A stretch of DNA of 64,000 nt from positions 128,001 to 192,000 of the forward strand of contig JANNBC010000024.1 of assembly GCA_031385045.1 (NCBI GenBank), read 5' to 3'. The notes beneath the pieces were generated by a model, which was not told the DNA's origin, ran no database searches, and saw only the letters and a list, made by a program, of their open reading frames with translations. Source of the stretch: a bacterium. Lineage in GTDB: Bacteria; Bdellovibrionota_C; UBA2361; CALJRW01. Shown here one piece after another: positions 28,317-37,224 of the stretch. The stretch's first letter is position 1; each line of letters opens with the position of its first letter. The position numbers and the translations under genes were made by a program.

Positions 28317-29585
28317 CTAGGATTTAATTTTTGATAATTTATTTTTAACTTCTTGGGGAAGGGCGATCCATTGTTTTTTAATCTCGGTTGTATTTTTTAA
28401 AATTGTTTGAAAAATAGTATCCATGTCCCTCAGGTTTTTACTCTGCCCTTGTTCGTTAATTACTTTTAGTGATTGATGACTGTCTTCTACAAAACGATCT
28501 ACGCTGGATATTTCAAGTAAATAATACTCCGGATCTAAGCCACAAGCGACAACGGCGGTTCGCGCTTGGTGCAGAATTGTTGGATAGTCTTCGGAATTAT
28601 CAATTCCAATTGTTTTGTAGAGCCTTCGATTTAAAATACGCTCTGCTAAATCCTTCACAATTACATCTTTACTCTCGCCCCAGTGAATTAGATGATAGCG
28701 CCACCAAGATTCGCGCATAGCAAAAATTGTTGAGACCGAAAGATCGTTAGCACTCTTGGCAGATAGAACTTGCTCCATAATTGGATCGGCAAAGTAATTA
28801 GAGCGATCCACTGAGCGCAAGCGCTTCACTAAAATTGACAATAATTTATCTGCCGCCAATAAGACTCGGTGCTGATAGACTTGTTTGTACATAGCATGCC
28901 GGGAGACAGCAAAGTGCATCATCGAATCTAGACGGTTCGCTTCCAGAGCTAAGAAATTATTCTGGTCAATTGTGATTGAATTTATTAAGGCGCTAATATT
29001 ATATTTGCCATAAGAGACCCCAGCTAAAACGCTATCGGCGATACACCAGTTTCCGCGATCTACATTCCATCCTCCACCCGAAATTATTTGCCAAGTCCAG
29101 GATGGTAAGCTTGGATCTTCCGAAAGGATCTGACAAACTAGTTTTGATAAATTGGAATCTACAGCATTGAGAATTTTTTGAATTTCGGGGTCTGTTTCAA
29201 TAATTGATAAAGCTATTTTTTCATGTTGATCTTTTTGATTTGGAAACCAAACTTTGAAAGCAGTATGGGAGCCTGGTGCTAGATGGCCAATATCGTGTAA
29301 AAGTGCGGCAACAGCAATGGCTGGAGCATACTCATTTACGACTGGAAATTCCTCTGCCAGTTTTTTTAATAAGCGACAAGCTAGGTGAGCAACTCCGAGG
29401 CTGTGACCAAAGCGGGAATGTTCTGAAAACATGTATACTAATCGAGTATTTCCGGTCTGGCTAATATCTCGAAGCCTTTGAACCCATGGGGTGTCAATTA
29501 GCTCTAAAACAAGCTTTTCAGCTAGGATTTTGGAATTAAATTGTAATTCCTCCGTAACAACATCAGCAAAAGTGATTTTTGACAC
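28317..29585 (-). CDS. HD-domain phosphohydrolase (SAMHD1/COG1078-like, putative dNTPase)
   Basis: QRLRDISQTG, HSRFGHSLGV, ALLHDIGH, MYKQVYQH, RRLYK. Confidence 0.85.
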   Translation of the reverse strand: MSKITFADVVTEELQFNSKILAEKLVLELIDTPWVQRLRDISQTGNTRLVYMFSEHSRFGHSLGVAHLACRLLKKLAEEFPVVNEYAPAIAVAALLHDIGHLAPGSHTAFKVWFPNQKDQHEKIALSIIETDPEIQKILNAVDSNLSKLVCQILSEDPSLPSWTWQIISGGGWNVDRGNWCIADSVLAGVSYGKYNISALINSITIDQNNFLALEANRLDSMMHFAVSRHAMYKQVYQHRVLLAADKLLSILVKRLRSVDRSNYFADPIMEQVLSAKSANDLSVSTIFAMRESWWRYHLIHWGESKDVIVKDLAERILNRRLYKTIGIDNSEDYPTILHQARTAVVACGLDPEYYLLEISSVDRFVEDSHQSLKVINEQGQSKNLRDMDTIFQTILKNTTEIKKQWIALPQEVKNKLSKIKS

Positions 29586-29887
29586 AAAAAAAGCTTAAAA
29601 AAATACAAAAAAGTGACGATGAGAATCTACGATACTGTAGAAACAGGCAAAATCTGATTTTTAAAACTAGCCCAAGTTTTAAATCCGAAGTTTATTCCAA
29701 GCTTTGGATTAGAACGAGAGGTGAGGGATGTCTTCAGTTTGTCTGTCATAACTATAGAGTATTTAGTGTTAATTTTCAAAACTTCAAAACCTTAGGTTTA
29801 AAGGCTTGAGTAGGTGTATATTGCCTCGTTTTCGAGGCGTTTAGTCTACTGCTTTGGCTTTAAGGTGTGGGAGTGAGGTAATGTTGT

Positions 29888-30382
29888 ATGAATAATTCAA
29901 GATTTGATTCCCGTGGCTACGATATTAGTTATATCCGTAATGATTTGGCCTTTAAGAATTCTCCTGAACGAGATTTAGTGATTGCCAGGAGAACTGCCTT
30001 TGTTGCTCGTTTTATCGTGCTGAGAGAGACCAAGAATAGTCATGCACATCGAACTATTGAATTATTAGAATGGGATGAGCTTACAACCGCAGAAGAGTTA
30101 GCGGAAAAATTTAGACTGGCTTTTGTTAAAAACCAAGACAATATTAAACAAGTTGATCGTGATTTAAAAAGATCTTTGGCCCATGGCAATCGAACCTTGC
30201 AGTATTTTATTGCCGAATATGTTAAGCGCGCGACTCTAACATTTGCAGAAGCCTTAGCAGATTATCATAAGTCAAATCAATTGCTCTTTGGAGAGGAGGA
30301 GAAACCTAGTAGTAGTGCTTGGGCAACGGTTGATAGTATCCGTTATCGCAAAACACAAATATTGCTAGCTCCAAAAAAGTAA
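29888..30382 (+). CDS. Hypothetical protein
   Basis: 164-aa ORF with upstream GAGG SD; no recognised motif. Confidence 0.7.
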   Translation: MNNSRFDSRGYDISYIRNDLAFKNSPERDLVIARRTAFVARFIVLRETKNSHAHRTIELLEWDELTTAEELAEKFRLAFVKNQDNIKQVDRDLKRSLAHGNRTLQYFIAEYVKRATLTFAEALADYHKSNQLLFGEEEKPSSSAWATVDSIRYRKTQILLAPKK

Positions 30383-30401
30383 GTATCTAGATCTGAAATT
30401 T

Positions 30402-30893
30402 TTAAGCTACTAACTGCAGGTGAGAAAATTGATTACCAACAATTAGCTCAATTTCTTCAATTAAAGATCCAATGGCATAAGCCCAGAGGTATTGTCCACT
30501 GCGATTTCCAGTAATCACTTCAGCAATTGATTCTTTATCTTCAATTCTATGTTTTAGAAATAAGCTCTTCCCATCAGTAATCAACATCATGTCTACGGGA
30601 TTAGAAATTAATTTAGGCATTCTTTTTCGAAGATAATCGATACCTTCACGGAAACGGTTTACTGGAAGACCTTCAGATTTCATTCGGAATAGCCAACAAA
30701 GTAAGATTAAGTCGGAATAAGTATATTTATTTCTTCCACGGCTACTAGATTGTCCAGAGCAGGGAACTAAGCTAGTTCTCGCATAGTAGTTTAGTAGGGC
30801 GAGACCAATTTTTTCAGTGTTTCCAGTAAGTGATCTCAAGATTGATTGCACTTCTTTAGCTGTAAACTCTAAATCTCTTATTCTATACTTCAT
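30402..30893 (-). CDS. MerR-like helix-turn-helix regulator
   Basis: FTAKEV...LNYY...LVP...GRNKYTYSDL...MKSEGLP matches the MerR winged-HTH layout. Confidence 0.65.
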   Translation of the reverse strand: MKYRIRDLEFTAKEVQSILRSLTGNTEKIGLALLNYYARTSLVPCSGQSSSRGRNKYTYSDLILLCWLFRMKSEGLPVNRFREGIDYLRKRMPKLISNPVDMMLITDGKSLFLKHRIEDKESIAEVITGNRSGQYLWAYAIGSLIEEIELIVGNQFSHLQLVA

Positions 30894-31123
30894 GAAACGT
30901 CCCAGAAAAATTTTTTTGCATTAAGCCAAAATCACCCAGCTAAACTCCCAGTTCCATTTGAGATCTGATATATTAACTATGACTTTGCTTGTAGTTTAAC
31001 AACAATACTGACTTTCCAATATCTTTGTGCAGCAAAGAGGATCAGTAACATTGCTAGACAATTGGATTATATGAACAACACAGAATAAATTAGACATTTC
31101 CAGTTCTCCTGTCAATTAGTGAA

Positions 31124-31231
31124 ATATAGTGTTCCTTTAAGTCTTTTCGCAAAGCGAAAAAAGCGGACACTATATCCCGCCGTAGCTATATCTAATTAAA
31201 AGACTTTTAATTAGATATAGCGAAGGAGGAT
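31124..31231. repeat. Tandem palindromic (REP/MITE-like) element
   Basis: Perfect 18-bp inverted repeat GCTATATCTAATTAAAAG-A-CTTTTAATTAGATATAGC (31185-31221), preceded by ATATAGTGTTCC...GGACACTATAT (31124-31175) enclosing TTTTCGC-AAA-GCGAAAA. Confidence 0.75.
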
Positions 31232-31277
31232 TCAGCGCATTATCAAACTTTATGGGTATGTTTTGAGATTCCTCTAT

Positions 31278-32027
31278 TTATGGCTTCCTACTTAACCGTA
31301 AAAAAACCGGCACTGTACTAAACCCAACAATAGAATCTGCTAATTTTCCATTCTGATAAAAATAATATTGAGTGGAACTACCTCCATCAAGGTTTAGGGC
31401 ATCTTGGCAAACAACTTCTTTGGATAATAAAATTCTTTGTAGGTTAGGAAAGCTAATGACTTCCGTTTTATTGGTAATATACAAAATTAATTCTCTTTCT
31501 TTATTTAGGCAGAGGCCGCTTCGTCGTTCTGCTAAATCAGCATTTTTCATTGATAGGATTTGACCTCCAGCAATGATCCTAGGACCAGCTTGGAGTGCCA
31601 AGTCATAGCTGGCTAGATGAGCAATAGGGAATTGATCACGGTGCTTAATTGCTAAAAAACCATTTCTTTTGACTAAGATGCCGGTCAGCACGCTACCACC
31701 CTGGTGCAGTTTATTCTGAATCTGACCATGCTCTAGAAGTAAACCTAGTGGTTTAAAATCTGTATCGAAAAAGCTGGCATTTACTAGGAGCTCAGTTGAT
31801 TTAGGAATTTCCTCTGTGGAATCATTAGATAACTTCTTAATACTGATATCAAATTTATTTAAGTTTGTTTTATAAAGAATTAAGCCTTCTTGCTCACGCT
31901 TCCAAAGATCCTCCTCTAGGAGAGACCAATCTGATGCCCAAGTTTGATTAGTGAATGCCATTATTAATAAGATCAACAGCAGTTTTTTCACATTAAGGTT
32001 GAAAGTTCTAAGTAAAATTGAGCCCAT
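31278..32027 (-). CDS. Phosphodiester glycosidase family (NAGPA/DUF2233-like) exported protein
   Basis: Signal peptide, NASFFD, QAGPR, RSGL, ALNLDGGSST. True start may be a few codons downstream. Confidence 0.8.
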   Translation of the reverse strand: MGSILLRTFNLNVKKLLLILLIMAFTNQTWASDWSLLEEDLWKREQEGLILYKTNLNKFDISIKKLSNDSTEEIPKSTELLVNASFFDTDFKPLGLLLEHGQIQNKLHQGGSVLTGILVKRNGFLAIKHRDQFPIAHLASYDLALQAGPRIIAGGQILSMKNADLAERRSGLCLNKERELILYITNKTEVISFPNLQRILLSKEVVCQDALNLDGGSSTQYYFYQNGKLADSIVGFSTVPVFLRLSRKP

Positions 32028-32158
32028 TGGTTTTTGTAAATTTACTCTTCCTGGAAAATGTTAGTAATTGTTCTCAATGCTAGCAATTTATCAACATTTG
32101 ACAAGTTAAACCCAAAAAATATTTTTCTTTTATCTGAAAAATATGGCATAATAAATTT

Positions 32159-32692
32159 ATGTCTTCAGATACTTTTAAAACTAAATTAGCTAAATTGATT
32201 CAAAAAAGTCGTAAGGCAATTAGAATCTATTCGGCGGTTGGGCGAGATTCAATCGGAAGACCAAGTAAGCCTTATTCGGATATGCAGTTAAAAGCTTGGT
32301 ATAATGTAAATGAAGAGTTGTTGATGTTTCTTCAGGAGGTAACTACAAAGCTTCATTTGCGTCAGGTAGCTAGTGAAATTTTAAAATATGCTCAGAAACT
32401 ATCCAGTCAGATTTCCCCTGAGCAGCAAAAACTCAATTCGGATCATCGCTTGTTAATTCAGTACACAGAATCTGCTGATTTCGTAAATTCAGCAAAATTA
32501 AGCCAAGAATTGATTGTCTTAAAGTCTCGAATTGAGGCTAAGAAGGCAGTGTTGCATGAATTGGAAGATTTATTGACTTCGGCGAATCTGAAATTGCCAA
32601 TTACTCATCAAATGAACGATGTTCCACAAGAATCATTAAAGATTACAGAATCTAAAATTATCCCTTTTAGAACTAAAAAAATTGGAATATAA
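32159..32692 (+). CDS. Hypothetical helical/coiled-coil protein
   Basis: 177-aa ORF with helical character and C-terminal KIIPF motif. Confidence 0.7.
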   Translation: MSSDTFKTKLAKLIQKSRKAIRIYSAVGRDSIGRPSKPYSDMQLKAWYNVNEELLMFLQEVTTKLHLRQVASEILKYAQKLSSQISPEQQKLNSDHRLLIQYTESADFVNSAKLSQELIVLKSRIEAKKAVLHELEDLLTSANLKLPITHQMNDVPQESLKITESKIIPFRTKKIGI

Positions 32693-32916
32693 TCAATTCC
32701 TTACTATAGTTACTTACAGTAAGGTTAGATCCAAATTGACCTGCAATTTTTGAATTTTTTTGCTCTACTTTCTTAGTTATAAAAATAGCTAGGGTAGTCT
32801 TAGTGTATAAGTCAGGGTTACTTTCGATCCATTTTGAAAATAATTAGTAGTTTTGTCAGGATCTCAGGCGTGAAGATTTGGGCAGTTAGAGAATAGGTGT
32901 TTAAGGAATTAAGTTT

Positions 32917-33456
32917 ATGGTGTCTTACGAAGATATAGAAGTAATTTTTTCAAGGATTACAGAAAAGTTTGATGATTCGATTCCAATTGGTGGACGTTGT
33001 GAAAGCAGTGTCTACTATCATACCTCGGACTTAACTGAAGAAGATCTAGATCGTTGTGCTGAATATGCAGTTGATCGTATTCGTAAGGTTTTAAATACAC
33101 AAAACGCGGACGTCTTTCTAAAGCTACCCTCGGAGCATAGTTTCTTTGCCGAAAGACTATTTCAAATTTACCGCGAATATTTACCCAATCCTGATTCTTT
33201 AATTTTTGATACTTACAGTCCAACTGCAATTACTAATGGAATGGGGGAGAAGTATCGGGGTCAAAATACAATTTTGATTAATGATGTAATTACAACTGCA
33301 AGATCAACTTTAGAGGCTCATAGCAAGGCAACGCTTCGTGGAATTCCAGTACTTTGTTGGGCAACATTAATTGATCGAACTTTTGGGCCAGGTCCTGTGC
33401 CAGTTGTTTCTGCTTTTACCGGTGCACCAGTTCGAGTTTTGACTAATATTTCTTAA
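32917..33456 (+). CDS. Degenerate type I phosphoribosyltransferase-like protein (PyrE-like)
   Basis: PRPP-loop-like ILINDVITTARST and PyrE-like LIDR; AAGGA SD upstream. Confidence 0.65.
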   Translation: MVSYEDIEVIFSRITEKFDDSIPIGGRCESSVYYHTSDLTEEDLDRCAEYAVDRIRKVLNTQNADVFLKLPSEHSFFAERLFQIYREYLPNPDSLIFDTYSPTAITNGMGEKYRGQNTILINDVITTARSTLEAHSKATLRGIPVLCWATLIDRTFGPGPVPVVSAFTGAPVRVLTNIS

Positions 33457-33460
33457 GTCA

Positions 33461-35377
33461 ATGTCTGGTAGTCAAATTATTTCCAAGGGTTCATTATTAA
33501 GTGAGGAGATAGTTTTCTGTGAGAATATCCTAAGTAAATCCGCTGTTTCCGGGGCTTTTCTTGGAGCTCTAAAGAGTTTTTATGGTGCAATTAGTCCTGT
33601 TGTTCTGCAGGGTAAACAATTAAAGGTCTTAAAGTTAACTAGAGCGATACCTGCTCAAGAAAAAATATTATTAACTCAATTAGAAAGTCGTTACCAAGAG
33701 CTTAGTAAATTCTATCCCAATCAGATTAACCAGTTTGGAAGTATTGGGGAATATTTTTATTGCCTACGATCTTTTGAGCGCAGCACACTCCCCGAATATT
33801 TAGAAGAGAATCATATTCGAGTAGCAGAGGCAAATTATTTTGTAACTAAAATCTTAAATTTAATTTTAGACTTAAAACGAATTAATTTCCCACACGGACA
33901 TATCAGTTTAAATAATTTAATTATTGATGAGAAGAATCTTAGCTTAGTTGATTTTGGTTTTGCATTTAGTAGTAGTAAGAGTCCGGGGGCTATGTTAGCT
34001 GAAGGTAACTACTTAGCTCCGGAAAGTAATCGGAGCTTAACATCTGATTTCGCCAGCGATATTTATTCTTTTGGGAAGATAATCAAATATCTTTATCGTG
34101 GGTTACAATGTCCGATCCCCTTGGATCTTCCAGATTTAATGTGTGATCCAGATCCTAAAAAGCGTCCTAATTTAATTGAAGTTAATAATAAGATTACTGA
34201 TACTTTTACTCAAAAGAGAAATCAGACAGAGCATTGGAGTAAGTCGGCAATTTTTACTAATGAATTAGATCCAAGCAAGCTCTATAAAGGATATCTTAGT
34301 CCAGCTATTCTGGAACAAATTCGTCAAGAATTTGCTAAGAGTATGATTCAAGTTCCGGTTAGTGCCGTCCCAGCTGTAGCTGTCTCTGCTAACGAACAAA
34401 GCGTACCTGCTATTTCTGTAGCTAAAGAATTTAAAAAGAATGATCTGAATTTTATGCTTACGGCAATTGCCGTTGTCAGTTTATTGTTAGTGGTTTATTT
34501 CTGGAGAAATAGTAATTCACCTGAGGTGCCTGAAACCCTGCCAAGTAATCAACAAACAATTAATAATTTACCAGTTGTAAATGGATTTGTTCCCGAGCCC
34601 GTTAAATTAACAGTACAATTCCTGCAACAAAATAAAATCACTCAAGCTCAAGATTATCTACAGATTCTTAGTGATATTTATAATGCTAATTATCAAAGTG
34701 GAAAGCTGACAGCTTTCATAAATCCCCTAGAGAACGAGCAGATTCAGTTAATTAAAGTCCAAAGCTTAGTTTTACTAGTTGCTAGTAACCCTAATTTATT
34801 AGATTTAATTTACCAAGACTTAACTAAGAGTAAGATTTTAGTTCGCTATTTAAATTGGTTTAAATCTAATTCAATTTTAGATTGGTCAACCGTTGATAAT
34901 CCAATTAAGTTAATGGTACTTTCTGGAAATATTCCTGATAGTATTCTTAATTTAGAATTTTACTTTGACTTAGCAAAGCATTTTGATCCAGAAATTAGAG
35001 AATCAAATCGCTTACCGCTTAATGCAAAAATTAGTAGTTCTGATCAGAAAGAATTTTATCTAGCAATGCTAGGTCAACTAGATCAGTTTGATCGCGATAA
35101 TTTAAACTTTTTAAATTTAGCTCTAACTAAAGATAAAGATTTGCAATTAGCCTTAATTTCGGAGTGGTTTGATAATACTAAGCCTAAGAATGAATTGGTT
35201 TTTAATTTAGTTTTGGCTAGGAAGAAGCCAGTAGAGGGAGAGGACTATTTTAGTTTTTATGCTGCGCGTTATTTAAAAGATTATCTAAGTACCTTGCCGC
35301 TTAGTGAATTAACTAAGCTAAAAAATCATCATGAAAAACAACTAAAGATTTTTTATGACATAAAAAAAGGAGGCTAA
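33461..35377 (+). CDS. Membrane-anchored Ser/Thr kinase-like protein, probable pseudokinase
   Basis: HGHISLNN, LVDFGFA, YLAPE, SDIYSFG, DPKKRP; central TM helix (MLTAIAVVSLLLVVYFW); helical C-terminal domain. Confidence 0.75.
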   Translation: MSGSQIISKGSLLSEEIVFCENILSKSAVSGAFLGALKSFYGAISPVVLQGKQLKVLKLTRAIPAQEKILLTQLESRYQELSKFYPNQINQFGSIGEYFYCLRSFERSTLPEYLEENHIRVAEANYFVTKILNLILDLKRINFPHGHISLNNLIIDEKNLSLVDFGFAFSSSKSPGAMLAEGNYLAPESNRSLTSDFASDIYSFGKIIKYLYRGLQCPIPLDLPDLMCDPDPKKRPNLIEVNNKITDTFTQKRNQTEHWSKSAIFTNELDPSKLYKGYLSPAILEQIRQEFAKSMIQVPVSAVPAVAVSANEQSVPAISVAKEFKKNDLNFMLTAIAVVSLLLVVYFWRNSNSPEVPETLPSNQQTINNLPVVNGFVPEPVKLTVQFLQQNKITQAQDYLQILSDIYNANYQSGKLTAFINPLENEQIQLIKVQSLVLLVASNPNLLDLIYQDLTKSKILVRYLNWFKSNSILDWSTVDNPIKLMVLSGNIPDSILNLEFYFDLAKHFDPEIRESNRLPLNAKISSSDQKEFYLAMLGQLDQFDRDNLNFLNLALTKDKDLQLALISEWFDNTKPKNELVFNLVLARKKPVEGEDYFSFYAARYLKDYLSTLPLSELTKLKNHHEKQLKIFYDIKKGG

Positions 35378-35391
35378 TGCCTCCTTTTTTT
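35362..35391. terminator. Bidirectional rho-independent terminator
   Basis: A7-GGAGGC-TAAT-GCCTCC-T7 between the convergent kinase-like and pilin genes. Confidence 0.85.
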
Positions 35392-35409
35392 GGTTAGAAT
35401 TAATTTTAA

Positions 35410-35865
35410 TTATGGGTTTCCATTACCACCAAGGTTAGAGTTGGTATTGTTACTTTGACAGCCTGATAATACGTTTGTACCAAAGAAGGTATTTACTAAC
35501 GATCTCAGGATGAACGCACCAATCGCTACTGCTAAGAGACCCAAAGCAGCTTTGTACTGTCCGAAGGCAGCACTAACAATTGCTCCAATTCCCGCAATAA
35601 TCATAATCAAGGCACCAAATGCTCCCTCGATGAAGTCCAAGATAGCACAAATAATCGCAATAAATTGTCCTTGCTCGATGGTGAACTTGCTTGCTCCCTG
35701 ATTAGTCGCCAACGCTAAGTCAGCAACGCCTAAGTTAATCAACATTACACCTAAAAACAAATAAAATACCCTTTCGGCATTTTCACTTGGATTTTTTACT
35801 AATGTTCCTAGCCTTTGACTAGAAGTGAGATAAGTTTTGTTAAGTTTACTAATAATATTTTTCAT
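35410..35865 (-). CDS. TrbC/VirB2/TraA-like T4SS pilin
   Basis: Long leader ending ..DLALA, then two hydrophobic helices (GAFGALIMIIAGIGAIVSAAFG; AALGLLAVAIGAFIL); next to TraX, at the end of the T4SS locus. Confidence 0.7.
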   Translation of the reverse strand: MKNIISKLNKTYLTSSQRLGTLVKNPSENAERVFYLFLGVMLINLGVADLALATNQGASKFTIEQGQFIAIICAILDFIEGAFGALIMIIAGIGAIVSAAFGQYKAALGLLAVAIGAFILRSLVNTFFGTNVLSGCQSNNTNSNLGGNGNP

Positions 35866-35960
35866 TTAAATTTACTATGATAAAGTTTCGTTAAAGATTC
35901 ATAGTGTTTTCTTTAACCCTTAACTCTTAGTCTAGACTTAAAGCCCTGATCACTCAATCA

Positions 35961-36671
35961 TTAGAATGGATGTTCTAGTAGATATCTGATGAAAATTAAT
36001 AAAATTAAATGTACTGGGTAGTAAGAGTAAAAGAGATATTTCCAGCGACGCATAAATTCGAATTGATTGGGGATTCTGGAAGCAAGAAAGAAGATTAAAG
36101 GGAGGTAGCCAAGCAGGGCAACAAATGAGACAAGCGAGTTATTTAGGTAATAGGTTGTTAATAGAATATATAGAGCAAAATCAATCGTTCGGTGAATTAG
36201 GAAGGCGGTGATGGAAAGACCTAAAATAAGCCCGGCTAGTCCATATTCAAAGTAGATCGGGATTTCCAAATATCGTACTATGAGTAAAATACCCACAACT
36301 ACAACTATTACTGCATAATAATACCAGCTAGATTTTTGTATCAAGGCAGTGCTGGTTTTTAAGATCAGCCCTAAAATTCCCAAAGTAAAGAAAATATTTA
36401 ATAGAACTGACTGATCAAAAGCCAAGTAAAAAGGTAGTTGGGAGAGGATGCTAAAAATAAAAATACGGATTAGGTATTTTTTTGGATTTTGACTGTGAAA
36501 GAGGAAATTATAGGAAATTAAGAAAACAAAGAGGGGCATCGCAATCCGCCCAAGCTGAGTTCCAAAATTATCATAGGAGTGAAAAAGAATTTTTGTGGAA
36601 TGATCCAACGTCATACTAGCAAGAGCAACAAGCTTTAAAAAATTTAAATTTAATTTGCTTTCACTTGGCAT
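35961..36671 (-). CDS. traX: TraX-family membrane protein (pilin acetylase-like)
   Basis: LKLVALASMTLDH, GRIAMPLF, SQLPF, NIFFTL, FYSYYPVHL; multiple TM helices. Confidence 0.85.
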   Translation of the reverse strand: MPSESKLNLNFLKLVALASMTLDHSTKILFHSYDNFGTQLGRIAMPLFVFLISYNFLFHSQNPKKYLIRIFIFSILSQLPFYLAFDQSVLLNIFFTLGILGLILKTSTALIQKSSWYYYAVIVVVVGILLIVRYLEIPIYFEYGLAGLILGLSITAFLIHRTIDFALYILLTTYYLNNSLVSFVALLGYLPLIFFLASRIPNQFEFMRRWKYLFYSYYPVHLILLIFIRYLLEHPF

Positions 36672-36678
36672 GATTGAT

Positions 36679-37224
36679 TTAACCCTCCGCCTCCACCAAA
36701 AGTCCTGGAAAGATTTTTAGAGGGTCTAGTGCTTTTCCATTGCTTCTAATTTCAAAGTGTAAATGGGGACCAGTTGCCAGGCCAGTACTGCCGACTAAGG
36801 CAATGATTGCTCCTGCTTTTACATGAGTCCCAGGGGTAACTAGATTTTTACTATTATGACCATAATGACTAGAGGTACCGTCGGGATGAAGAATGACAAC
36901 AAGGTTACCATATCCAGAATAAGGATCGGCAAAGACTACTAGTCCACTAGCAATTGCTCGAATTGGAGAGGCTTGGGGCGCTGCCAGATCTAGTCCATCA
37001 TGGTGACGGATTGCTTTAGTTATCGGATGTTTTCTAGTGCCAAAGTTACTACTAAGCCTGGCATCCATTAAGGGGTAGATATAGGAAGTTTGTCCAGCAC
37101 TGTCTAAGGGCGGACTCTGCGATTCCACAGGAGACGTAATTATTTGTGTAAGGCTGATCAGTAAGAGAAGCTTAAGAATTACCTTTAATAAGTTTAAGGG
37201 CTCTTGCCTCGACTTCATGATCAT
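36679..37224 (-). CDS. M23-family metallopeptidase
   Basis: HDGLD (HxxxD), YGN, YGH, GSTGLATGPHLHFE; N-terminal signal/anchor. Confidence 0.92.
   Translation of the reverse strand: MIMKSRQEPLNLLKVILKLLLLISLTQIITSPVESQSPPLDSAGQTSYIYPLMDARLSSNFGTRKHPITKAIRHHDGLDLAAPQASPIRAIASGLVVFADPYSGYGNLVVILHPDGTSSHYGHNSKNLVTPGTHVKAGAIIALVGSTGLATGPHLHFEIRSNGKALDPLKIFPGLLVEAEG

Noticed and set aside
29579..29809. 76-aa plus-strand ORF in the divergent region
   Set aside because: TTG start overlapping the HD gene start, no SD or motif; probably promoter sequence.
32917..33456. Functional orotate phosphoribosyltransferase pyrE
   Set aside because: PRPP motif altered (ND) and flexible loop not evident; no pyr genes nearby.
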